Positions 1-8,004 of a stretch of DNA of 64,000 bases are shown piece after piece (positions within the stretch are counted from its first letter, which is position 1; each line of letters opens with the position of its first letter). The translations under genes were made by a program, and so were the position numbers. Location: positions 9,407 through 73,406 of the forward strand of contig DATEDN010000079.1 in assembly GCA_035281645.1 (NCBI GenBank), given 5' to 3'. The notes below the pieces were generated by a model. That model searched no databases and was not told where the DNA came from. It worked only from the letters and a program-made list of their open reading frames with translations. This DNA comes from Acidimicrobiia bacterium (GTDB taxonomy: Bacteria > Actinomycetota > Acidimicrobiia > Spongiisociales > ZC4RG35).

Positions 1-460
1 AAATCAGAACGGCCATCGACATCAGTGCCAGCGTTTCCATGGTTGGTTCCCAAAGCCCCACCAGGCCCGGGTAAACCATCACCAGCCCGGCCACCAAACC
101 CATCTGCCAATGACCGTTGCGGGCAATGAGCAGAAAGACCGCGATCGGGATGACGAACCATGGAAGCCAAATAAGAGCGTCCTCGACGAAGGTCAGCCCC
201 CAGTTGACGGCCGCAGTGATCGGCTGCAAGAAGGTGGTGAAGAGGGGATGGTTACCGCGATTGGACCTGGCCCAGGCTTCGAAAGCGTCGATCGGAGCCG
301 AGAACGTGGTATCGAAGACGGAGGGGAAGACCTTGGCGTTGGCGAAGGCCACTTGGAGTGCCACCACTCCAACCACCAGGCTCCCCCAGGTCACCAGCTT
401 GCGGTCGACTCCGGCCTTGACTCCTAATGGAAGGGAGGGAGCGGAGACAGTGTCGGTCAT
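1..460 (-). CDS. proW: glycine betaine/proline ABC transporter permease (ProW/OpuAB-like), runs off the window edge
   Basis: Not in the ORF track because no stop lies in the window. Manual minus-strand translation from ATG at 460-458 gives MTDTVSAPSLPLGVKAG...FLQPITAAVNWGLTFVEDALIWLPWFVIPIAVFLLIARNG..., a TM-rich ProW-type N-terminus. ATGA overlap with the proV stop (457-460). Confidence 0.75.
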   Translation of the reverse strand, partial: MTDTVSAPSLPLGVKAGVDRKLVTWGSLVVGVVALQVAFANAKVFPSVFDTTFSAPIDAFEAWARSNRGNHPLFTTFLQPITAAVNWGLTFVEDALIWLPWFVIPIAVFLLIARNGHWQMGLVAGLVMVYPGLVGLWEPTMETLALMSMAVLI

Positions 461-1530
461 TTTTCTTCCTCGAGGACGTTGGCGACTGCCGCTCGATCGA
501 CCACCCCTACCTCCGTCCCTTCGGCATCGTCCACAGCTACCGGGGTGGTGTGGTTGAGCAGATGAGGGAGGACCGTCTCGATCGTGTCCTCGAGGTGGAC
601 CCGGTGAGCGGCTCCGTTGGCGTCGCCCGGTCGAGTCACAGCAGCAGCAGTGAGCACCTTGGTCTTGGGAATGTCTTTGGTGAACTCGCGGACGTAGTCG
701 GTTTGCGGATCGGTGATGAGCTCGGCCGCCGACCCCACTTGGTCGAAGGCTCCGTCTTTCATGATGGCGATCCGGTCGCCCAGTTTGATGGCCTCGGCGA
801 AGTCATGGGTGATGAACACGATCGTTCGCTGCATCGACTCCTGCAGTCGAATCAGCTCGTCTTGCATGTCGCGGCGGATCAGCGGATCGAGGGCTGAGAA
901 TGGTTCGTCGAAGAAAAGGATTTCTGGCTCGACCGTGAGGGCCCGAGCCAAACCGACCCGTTGTTGCATGCCCCCCGAGAGCTGTTGGGGATAGTGGTTT
1001 TCCCAGCCTTTCAATCCGACGACTTCGAGCACCTTCATGGCACGCTCCAACCGCTCGTTCTTCTCGACCCCTTGCACCTCGAGTCCGTAGGCGGCGTTGT
1101 CGATCACCCGGCGGTGTGGGAAGAGACCGAAGTGCTGGAAGACCATCGACATTTTGTGCCGGCGCACGTTGCGAAGCTGCTCCTCGGTCATGGCGGTGAG
1201 ATCCTCGCCGTCGAGGAGAACTCGGCCTTTGGTGACCTCGTTGAGGCGGGCGGCGCAGCGGATGAGGGTCGATTTTCCCGACCCCGACAGGCCCATGACG
1301 ACGAAGGTCTCGCCGACGTTGACGTCGAAGGAAACATCCCGGACTCCAACCGTGCAGCCGGTGGAAGAGAGGATTTCGGCCCGGTTCGCGCCTTCCTCGG
1401 CCATCGCCAGGGCCCGTTCCGGTCGATTTCCGAATACCTTCCAGACCTGGTCGACCTCAAGGCATACTCGGGGCTGGGACCCGTTTTCAGACACATCGGT
1501 AATGTACCAACTCGACCGCTCCGAAGGCAT
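457..1530 (-). CDS. proV: glycine betaine/proline ABC transporter ATP-binding protein (ProV/OpuAA)
   Basis: 357-aa ORF with Walker A GLSGSGKST, signature LSGGMQQRVGLARAL and Walker B ILFFDEPFSALD. The C-terminal CBS-like extension is typical of ProV. The start could lie further downstream. Confidence 0.9.
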   Translation of the reverse strand: MPSERSSWYITDVSENGSQPRVCLEVDQVWKVFGNRPERALAMAEEGANRAEILSSTGCTVGVRDVSFDVNVGETFVVMGLSGSGKSTLIRCAARLNEVTKGRVLLDGEDLTAMTEEQLRNVRRHKMSMVFQHFGLFPHRRVIDNAAYGLEVQGVEKNERLERAMKVLEVVGLKGWENHYPQQLSGGMQQRVGLARALTVEPEILFFDEPFSALDPLIRRDMQDELIRLQESMQRTIVFITHDFAEAIKLGDRIAIMKDGAFDQVGSAAELITDPQTDYVREFTKDIPKTKVLTAAAVTRPGDANGAAHRVHLEDTIETVLPHLLNHTTPVAVDDAEGTEVGVVDRAAVANVLEEEK

Positions 1531-1554
1531 GGGCGGCGACTAAGAGGAGATCGA

Positions 1555-2559
1555 ATGAAGAAACCCCTATTACTAGTTCTTGTAGCCCTGAGCGTTCTCG
1601 CCGCGGCTTGCGGCGGCGGCGACGGTGCCACTGCGACCTCCGCCGATGGTGGCACTGCCACAACCGGCGCGGCCACAGGCGGGACAGTCGGAATCGACCC
1701 GAACAACCCCACCATCAACCTGGCGGTGAACCCCTGGACCGCTTCCCTTCTGAACGTTGAGATCGCCAAGCAACTAATCGAAGCCCACCTCGGCTATCCG
1801 GTCGAGGCCGTGGCGATCGACGAGAACGCGGCGATGTTCACAGGTATGGCCGACGGCACGGTCGACGCCGTGCTCGAACTCTGGCCCTCTGGGATCACCG
1901 ACGATGAGCAGGCGTTCCTCGACGAAGGATCGGTCGTCGAAATCGGCGAGCTCGGCGCGGTCGGCAAGATCGGATGGTTTGTTCCCCAGTACGTGATCGA
2001 CGAGCACCCAGACCTGGCAACGTGGGAAGGATTCCAAGATCCGGCCAACGCGGAGCTTTTTGCCACCGCCGAGACCGGCGACCAGGGTCGCTTCCTCGGC
2101 ACCGATCCTTCCTACTCGCAGTACGACGAAGCGATCATCTCGAACCTCGACTTGCCCTTCCAGGTGGTCTTCTCCGGTTCGGAGGCGGCAACGGTGGCCG
2201 AGCTCGATGCCCGGGTCGCAGCGCAGGAGCCGATCGTGATGTATTGGTGGACCCCGACAGCGGCGGTCGCCAAGTACAACCTGGTCAACGTGCCCCTGCC
2301 CGAGTATTCCGAGGAGTGCTACGCCGATCCGGCAGCGATTGACTGCGACTATCCCGAGGACGTCTTGCTCAAGGTGGCCTCGGCGCAATTGGAAGAGAAA
2401 GCACCCCCGGTGTGGGAGTTCCTAAATAACTTCACCATCACCACCGAGGATCAGCTCTCGATGCTCCCCGCCGCCGAAATCGATGGCGAGGACATCTCAG
2501 TGGTCGCCAAGGAGTGGATCGACACCCACCAGGATGTCTGGCAGGCCTGGCTGCCCTAG
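1555..2559 (+). CDS. proX: glycine betaine ABC transporter substrate-binding lipoprotein (ProX/OpuAC-like)
   Basis: In-frame ATG at 1555 inside the longer track ORF 961..2559, preceded by an AAGAGGAG RBS. Signal peptide with lipobox (MKKPLLLVLVALSVLAAAC), a Gly/Thr/Ala linker, then an OpuAC-like body (NPWTASLLNVEIAKQLIE...). Confidence 0.85.
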   Translation: MKKPLLLVLVALSVLAAACGGGDGATATSADGGTATTGAATGGTVGIDPNNPTINLAVNPWTASLLNVEIAKQLIEAHLGYPVEAVAIDENAAMFTGMADGTVDAVLELWPSGITDDEQAFLDEGSVVEIGELGAVGKIGWFVPQYVIDEHPDLATWEGFQDPANAELFATAETGDQGRFLGTDPSYSQYDEAIISNLDLPFQVVFSGSEAATVAELDARVAAQEPIVMYWWTPTAAVAKYNLVNVPLPEYSEECYADPAAIDCDYPEDVLLKVASAQLEEKAPPVWEFLNNFTITTEDQLSMLPAAEIDGEDISVVAKEWIDTHQDVWQAWLP

Positions 2560-2620
2560 ACAATTTGCGAACCCAGGGTTCACAGGGTGGTACCACCCAC
2601 CTGTGAGCCCACAGAAATGA

Positions 2621-2652
2621 GAAAGGGGCGGTTATTCCGCCCCTTTCTTGTA
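2621..2652 (+). terminator. putative rho-independent terminator after proX
   Basis: Perfect 11-bp stem GAAAGGGGCGG (2621-2631) / CCGCCCCTTTC (2637-2647) with a 5-nt loop, followed by a T-rich TTGTAT tail. Confidence 0.55.
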
Positions 2653-2801
2653 TAGTGGGTCCATAGCGCCGATTTGATTCGATCAGCTTGCGGGCGCTCA
2701 ACAAATGCGGCTAAAGCGTCGGGATGGAAAAACCGCCCGGCCAGAGCTGCGGCGGTTTTCTCGTTGGAGGGCCGCCTCACAATCCAGGAAAGGACTATGA
2801 G

Positions 2802-3797
2802 ATGGCCGGCAACGTTTTCCGAGACCTCCTCAACCGAGGCCGCCCGCTGGTCGCGGACGGGGCCATGGGAACGACGCTTTTCTCCCTGGGTCTCGAAGGA
2901 GGGGGCTGTCCGGAGCTGCTCAATGTCGAGCAGCCAGATCTGGTGGAAAAGGTTCACCGCGGTTTCATCGATGCCGGCGCCGACATCGTCCTCACCAACA
3001 CGTTCGGCGGCAACCGTCGGCGACTGGCGCTCCACCGCCTCGAGGACCGCGTAATCGAGCTCAATGCGGCCGCGGTCGCCGTCGCCCGGCGGGCAACCGA
3101 CCTCGCCGACCGGCCGGTCGCCATCGCCGGCAGCATCGGGCCCACCGGGGACCTCTTCGCTCCTCTGGGACCGCTTTCCCACGATGAAGGAGTCGCGGTA
3201 TTCACCGAGCAGGCGAAGGCACTTGCCGACGCCGGAGCCGACGTGCTTTGGATCGAAACAATCTCGTCTTTCGAAGAGCTCGAGGCGGCGGTCGCCGCGG
3301 CACAAACAACGGATCTCCCGTATACGGCCACTCTCAGCTTTGACACCGCCGGGCACACCATGATGGGCATCAGCCCCCGGGGCCTCGGTGAGTGGTGGCT
3401 TCAGCATGATCAGGTTGCCGCCGTCGGCGCCAACTGCGGAGTGGGTCCGGGCGATGCCGTGGCCACCGCCTGGGAGATCGCCTCGGTCGCCCCCAGGGCC
3501 ATCACCATCACCAAGGCCAACTGCGGTATCCCCCTCTATCAGACCGAAGGTGGGCTCACCTACCCGATCGGCCCCGACCAGATGGGCGACTACGTCGATC
3601 TCGCCCTTCGGTCCGGCGCTCGCATCATCGGTGCTTGTTGTGGATCGACTCCCGACCACATCGCCGCCATTAGGGAGGCGGTCGACAGCCACCTTGCCGG
3701 TGACCGTCCCGAACTGGCGGAAATTGCCGAGCGACTCGACGTCGCAGTTCGCCCTCTGGCGGGAGCCCGCCGCGAGCGACGCCGCCAAGCCGTCTAA
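2802..3797 (+). CDS. homocysteine S-methyltransferase-domain protein, probable betaine-homocysteine methyltransferase
   Basis: Motifs DGAMGT, LTNTFGGN, GANCG and IGACCGSTPDHI (Zn-binding Cys pattern of the Hcy-methyltransferase fold). Start moved to ATG 2802, which has a GGAAAGGA RBS; the track ORF starts in frame at 2724. Betaine-catabolic context. Confidence 0.8.
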   Translation: MAGNVFRDLLNRGRPLVADGAMGTTLFSLGLEGGGCPELLNVEQPDLVEKVHRGFIDAGADIVLTNTFGGNRRRLALHRLEDRVIELNAAAVAVARRATDLADRPVAIAGSIGPTGDLFAPLGPLSHDEGVAVFTEQAKALADAGADVLWIETISSFEELEAAVAAAQTTDLPYTATLSFDTAGHTMMGISPRGLGEWWLQHDQVAAVGANCGVGPGDAVATAWEIASVAPRAITITKANCGIPLYQTEGGLTYPIGPDQMGDYVDLALRSGARIIGACCGSTPDHIAAIREAVDSHLAGDRPELAEIAERLDVAVRPLAGARRERRRQAV

Positions 3798-5230
3798 ACC
3801 CCTCCGAACATCGACTGACGGGCCGACCGCAGGCGGTCGAGGGTGGCATGGTCTCGTGGCATCGCTGCGACGCGTATTCCGGTCTGGGTGCCCCACCGGC
3901 GAGCCACACCATCAGCCGACTCCCCGGTGAGGAGGGAGGTCGCCTGTGCTGCCGCTCCCAAGGCCACCAGCTCTTCCGCTTTCGGGACCTGAAGCTCGCG
4001 ACCGGAAAGTTGACCGATGACCCTTCGCCACACCTTCCCCTTGGCCCCTCCCCCGATGAGAATCAATGGCCGGTCGGGATCGATACCCGATGAGTGCCGA
4101 GAGACGTGCTCGAGGGCCTCGATCAACCCCAGCGCGGCTCCCTGGTAGGCGGCGAGGAGGATCTCGGAGGGATCGGTGGCATGACGGAGGCCGCCGAAGA
4201 CCCCGGCTGCATCTGGCAGGTTGGGAGTCCGCTCCCCATCTAGGTAGGGAAAGGAGAAAACCTCCGTGCGTTCAGCGGCGTTCTCTCGATCGAGTCCCAA
4301 CCAGGAGGCGACCCGATCGACGGCGAGAGTGCAATTGAGCGTCGCCGCCAACGGCAGAAAGTTTCCTGTGGCGTCGGCAAATCCGGCGACGGTGCCGGAA
4401 GGATCGGCGGCTCTCACAGTCGACAGGGCGTAGACGGTGCCGGAGGTTCCCAGGCTGACCACCGGAGCACCCGGCTCGAGTCCCAGGCCCAGGGCGGCCG
4501 CCATGTTGTCCCCGGTCCCTGCCCCGACCGCAGTTCCCGGGCGGAAACCGGTGTGTCGGCTGGCCTCGGTGGTGACCTCGCCGGCGGTCTCCCCCGGCTT
4601 CAAGACCTTGGGCAAGAGATCACGGTCGAGGCGAACCTCCGGGAGCGAGAGAACCTTTGCCGAATAGTCCTCCAGGGAAGTCGACCACCACCCCGTGCCC
4701 GATGCGTCGCCCCGGTCCGTCGTGCGGAGGCCGGTGAGACGGGCGTTGATGAAATCGTGCGGTAACAGCACCGCCCCCGTGGCCGCGGCCACTGCGGTCT
4801 CGTGCTGACGCAGCCACGCCCACTTGCCCACGGTGTACGACGCCACTGGAACCAAGCCGATTTCTTTCGCCCAGACTTGGGGTCCTCCGAGGGCATCGAC
4901 CAAGGCCCCGGCATGGGATGCGGCGCGAGTGTCGTTCCACAGCGGGGCCGGTCTTAGCGGAGAACCGGCCTCATCGAGCACCACCAGGCCGTGCTGCTGG
5001 CCGCCTACCGCGACAGCTTGCACCTCGCCGGCCCGCCCGCACTGGGAAAGCGCCTCAGCGAGGGCACTCCACCATTGCCGAGGATCTGTCTCGCGAGCGC
5101 CGCCTGTCCCCGTCACGTCGTGCCCGGCACGGCCGGTGGCGACCACGGCTCCGGAGTCGATGTCGACGATCAAGACCTTGGTGGCCTGAGTGGAGCAATC
5201 GACACCAGCAACGAGGGGCACGGCCCGCAA
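3794..5230 (-). CDS. xylB: FGGY-family carbohydrate kinase, xylulokinase-like
   Basis: 478-aa ORF. N-terminus VAGVDCSTQATKVLIVD, with internal GTSGT and GGGAKG motifs typical of xylulokinase/FGGY kinases. Confidence 0.8.
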   Translation of the reverse strand: MRAVPLVAGVDCSTQATKVLIVDIDSGAVVATGRAGHDVTGTGGARETDPRQWWSALAEALSQCGRAGEVQAVAVGGQQHGLVVLDEAGSPLRPAPLWNDTRAASHAGALVDALGGPQVWAKEIGLVPVASYTVGKWAWLRQHETAVAAATGAVLLPHDFINARLTGLRTTDRGDASGTGWWSTSLEDYSAKVLSLPEVRLDRDLLPKVLKPGETAGEVTTEASRHTGFRPGTAVGAGTGDNMAAALGLGLEPGAPVVSLGTSGTVYALSTVRAADPSGTVAGFADATGNFLPLAATLNCTLAVDRVASWLGLDRENAAERTEVFSFPYLDGERTPNLPDAAGVFGGLRHATDPSEILLAAYQGAALGLIEALEHVSRHSSGIDPDRPLILIGGGAKGKVWRRVIGQLSGRELQVPKAEELVALGAAAQATSLLTGESADGVARRWGTQTGIRVAAMPRDHATLDRLRSARQSMFGGV

Positions 5231-5245
5231 GCGTAGGTCCGATCG

Positions 5246-6142
5246 ATGTCCGCCACCGATCCCAAGCCCCTCCTGGAGGAGGCATCGCAGGGGGCAATGC
5301 GATTAGACAGTGTGCATATGTCGAAGAAGAAAGGGGTTCGGTCGCACGGCGAGCACGGCGAAGGCGAAAAGCTATCGAAGAAGAAGTACGAGAAGGAGCT
5401 TGCACAACTCCAGGTCGAACTGGTGAAGATGCAGGAGTGGATCCGCCATCAAGGCCTCAAGGTCGTCGTGATATTCGAGGGCCGCGACGCCGCCGGCAAG
5501 GGCGGCACCATCAAGCGCATCACCCAGAGTCTCAGCCCTCGCGTCTGCCGGGTGGAGGCGCTCTCAGCCCCCTCCGATCGAGAGCGAACCCAGTGGTATT
5601 TCCAACGTTACGTCGCCTACCTGCCGGCTGCCGGAGAGATGGTTCTCTTCGACCGGAGTTGGTACAACCGTGCCGGAGTGGAGCGGGTGATGGGGTTCTG
5701 CACCGATGAGGAATACCAAGAGTTTCTCCGCTCGACCCCAGAGTTCGAGAGGATGCTGGTCCGCTCCGGGATCAAGCTCATCAAGTACTGGTTCTCGGTC
5801 TCTGACTCGGTACAAGAGGCGCGCTTTCAGGCAAGGATCAACGACCCCACCCGGCGTTGGAAGCTTTCGCCCATGGATCTCGAATCGCGATCGCGTTGGG
5901 TCGAATACTCGAAAGCCAAGGATGAGATGTTCCGACACACAGACATCAAACAAGCCCCCTGGCATGTGGTGAACTCCGACAACAAGAGGAAGGCTCGCCT
6001 CAACGTCATCCATCACCTTCTCAGCCAGATCCCATATGAGGATCTGACGCCGGAACATATCGAGTTGCCTCCGCGGCAACCCGATCCAGGCTATGTCCGC
6101 CCGCCCCTCGCCGACCAGTCGTTCGTGCCCGAAAAGTTCTAA
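5246..6142 (+). CDS. ppk2: polyphosphate kinase 2 family protein
   Basis: PPK2 hallmarks: VVVIFEGRDAAGKGGTIKRI (Walker A-like), FDRSWYNRAGVERVMGF and a lid region. The start may be an internal ATG. Confidence 0.85.
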   Translation: MSATDPKPLLEEASQGAMRLDSVHMSKKKGVRSHGEHGEGEKLSKKKYEKELAQLQVELVKMQEWIRHQGLKVVVIFEGRDAAGKGGTIKRITQSLSPRVCRVEALSAPSDRERTQWYFQRYVAYLPAAGEMVLFDRSWYNRAGVERVMGFCTDEEYQEFLRSTPEFERMLVRSGIKLIKYWFSVSDSVQEARFQARINDPTRRWKLSPMDLESRSRWVEYSKAKDEMFRHTDIKQAPWHVVNSDNKRKARLNVIHHLLSQIPYEDLTPEHIELPPRQPDPGYVRPPLADQSFVPEKF

Positions 6143-6143
6143 T

Positions 6144-6197
6144 CCGTTCTTGCGTAAAAACGGTACGGTTTACGTGACGAGATTTACGCAAGAATGA
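6144..6197. repeat. conserved inverted-repeat element, copy 1 (CCGTTCTTGCGTAAAA ... TTACGCAAGAAT)
   Basis: 12-bp perfectly complementary arms TTCTTGCGTAAA (6147-6158) / TTTACGCAAGAA (6183-6194) separated by 24 nt. The right arm abuts the ATG at 6194. The same arms recur in inverted orientation at 13831-13881. Confidence 0.8.
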
Positions 6198-7027
6198 ATG
6201 AGTGGTACCGGGCCCAGGACGGCACTCGGCTCGCCGTCTGGCATCAGCCAGGGTCGCGTCGGCCCGAGATCCTTCTCGTGCACGGACTTGCCTCGAACGC
6301 TCGGCTTTGGGATGCGGTCGCCGTCCATCTGAATGGATCCGGTCGGGGAACACTGCAAATTGACCTGCGCGGACACGGCGTGTCCGATAAGCCGGACTCA
6401 GGCTACGACTTCGCCACCATGAGCTCGGATCTGGCCGGAGTCATCCTCGAGACGATGCGACCGCCGGTGATGGCGGTGGGCCAGTCGTTCGGCGGAAATC
6501 TGGTGATGGAACTGGCGGTGAGGTCGTCCGAGCTCATCTCCTCGATCGTATGCGTCGATGGCGGGTTCATCGACCTCGCCCAGCGATTCGGCACCTGGGA
6601 AGCCTGTGTGGCGGACCTGACACCACCGCCGCTCGACCACCTCAGTGCGGACTCACTGGGCGAAGCCGCAGCACAGCTCTATGCGGCTTGGCCACCAGAA
6701 GCGATCGCGGCCCAGTTGGCAAATCTCGAGGAGGCAGAAGATGGCTCGATCCGCCGACGTCTTTCCCTTGCGCACCATCTCTCGCTGCTTCGAGCGATGT
6801 TTGAGCAGGAACCCCTGGCGGTCGCCGAGCGCTGCCAACAACCTGTGCTGCTGATAGCGGCCGACGACGACACTCCTGGCAAGAAGGATCAAGTGAGCGC
6901 CTTTGCCAAACGTCTGACGAGTGGACGCGAGTTATGGATGCAGGGCCATCACGACTTGCATGCCGAACAGCCGGGACGGGTGGCCGCAGTGATCGAGAGT
7001 GCCCTGGGGGAGGGGTTCCTTCGGTGA
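6194..7027 (+). CDS. alpha/beta-fold hydrolase
   Basis: ILLVHGLASNARLW (oxyanion region) and nucleophile elbow GQSFGG. 277 aa. Confidence 0.75.
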   Translation: MNEWYRAQDGTRLAVWHQPGSRRPEILLVHGLASNARLWDAVAVHLNGSGRGTLQIDLRGHGVSDKPDSGYDFATMSSDLAGVILETMRPPVMAVGQSFGGNLVMELAVRSSELISSIVCVDGGFIDLAQRFGTWEACVADLTPPPLDHLSADSLGEAAAQLYAAWPPEAIAAQLANLEEAEDGSIRRRLSLAHHLSLLRAMFEQEPLAVAERCQQPVLLIAADDDTPGKKDQVSAFAKRLTSGRELWMQGHHDLHAEQPGRVAAVIESALGEGFLR

Positions 7028-8004
7028 GTGGCCTCGTCGTGATCATTGGCTCGGGGGAAATGGGCGAATCGATGCGGTCGACGCATCGCCGAGTTTTCGA
7101 CCATACCGGCGCCGACTCAGTCACCCTTCTCGACACGCCTTACGGCTTTCAGGAGAATGCCGACGCCCTCACTGAGCGGATGGTGGCCCACTTCCGGAAT
7201 GCATTTGACGCCAAAGTCGAGGTCGCCAGCCTCCGCCGACCTCATACCTCCGAGAGTGAGCGTCAAGAGTTTCTCGACGCCATTTCGAGGGCCCAGGTGG
7301 TCTTCGCCGGTCCGGGATCGCCGAGTTATGCCCTTCGGGTGTGGAAGGGCCTTTCGATGCGCCAAGCATTCTCATCGGTTATCGAGCGAGGAGGGGCGGT
7401 GGTGATGGCCAGCGCGGCCGCCCTCACGCTCGGAGAAAAGGCCATCCCCGTCTACGAGATCTACAAAGTAGGAGAGGACCTGCATTGGGTTGACGGACTG
7501 GATCTGCTCTCGTCTCTGGGGATGAAAACGGTCGTGGTACCGCATTGGAACAACCGGGAAGGGGGTTTTCATGACACCAGTCATTGCTTCATCGGAGAAC
7601 GCCGATTCCGCGGCTTGGTCGAGATGCTCCCAATGGACACATCGGTGATCGGAGTCGAAGAGCATACGTCGGTGCTAATCGACCCCGTATCCAGATCTAT
7701 GCAAGTTATGGGAAAAGGTAAGGCGTATCTCAATGACGAACCAATCGACGACGGACAGGAGCTCACCGCCCCCGCACTGAGACCGGCCTTCACCGATCTC
7801 GCCCCCGAGAAGCCGGGTGAGAGTGAACCACCGGAGGCCGAAGTCGCCGTGATCGACCTGCTGGTGGAGCTACGAGCAGGGGCCCGCGACCGCTACGACT
7901 TTGCGGAGTCCGACCGCATCCGCGATGCCCTGGCGCAACTCGACATAGAGGTGCACGATCATCCCGACGGCACTACCTGGAATCGACGGCGGGACGATGC
8001 TTAG
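7024..8004 (+). CDS. fusion protein: class-I amidotransferase/peptidase-S51-like domain plus CysRS C-terminal-like domain
   Basis: Start set to GTG 7024, a GTGA overlap with the upstream stop; the track ORF starts at 6934 inside the previous gene. The N-terminal part (VVIIGSGEMG...FAGPGSPSY...VMASAAALTLG) resembles S51/cyanophycinase-like proteins. The C-terminal tail LRAGARDRYDFAESDRIRDALAQLDIEVHDHPDGTTWNRR closely resembles the extreme C-terminus of cysteinyl-tRNA synthetases. Confidence 0.5.
   Translation: MSGLVVIIGSGEMGESMRSTHRRVFDHTGADSVTLLDTPYGFQENADALTERMVAHFRNAFDAKVEVASLRRPHTSESERQEFLDAISRAQVVFAGPGSPSYALRVWKGLSMRQAFSSVIERGGAVVMASAAALTLGEKAIPVYEIYKVGEDLHWVDGLDLLSSLGMKTVVVPHWNNREGGFHDTSHCFIGERRFRGLVEMLPMDTSVIGVEEHTSVLIDPVSRSMQVMGKGKAYLNDEPIDDGQELTAPALRPAFTDLAPEKPGESEPPEAEVAVIDLLVELRAGARDRYDFAESDRIRDALAQLDIEVHDHPDGTTWNRRRDDA

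Noticed and set aside
2566-2580. The 15-mer TGCGAACCCAGGGTT occurs twice (2566-2580 and 50276-50290). Each copy lies a few nt after a stop codon and contains the near-palindrome AACCC-N-GGGTT.
   Set aside because: A single shared 15-mer is roughly what chance predicts for pairs within 64 kb of biased-composition DNA. The flanks are unrelated. It is worth a genome-wide count but is not supportable as an element from this window alone.
2660-2705. SAH-riboswitch-like features (AGCGCC...CAGCUUGCGGGCGCUCA) upstream of the Hcy-methyltransferase-fold gene.
   Set aside because: Only the outer helix and a loose CAG..CGG resemblance are present. The conserved pseudoknot and P2 hairpin sequences of the SAH class are not recognisable by eye. 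Infernal is needed before any call.
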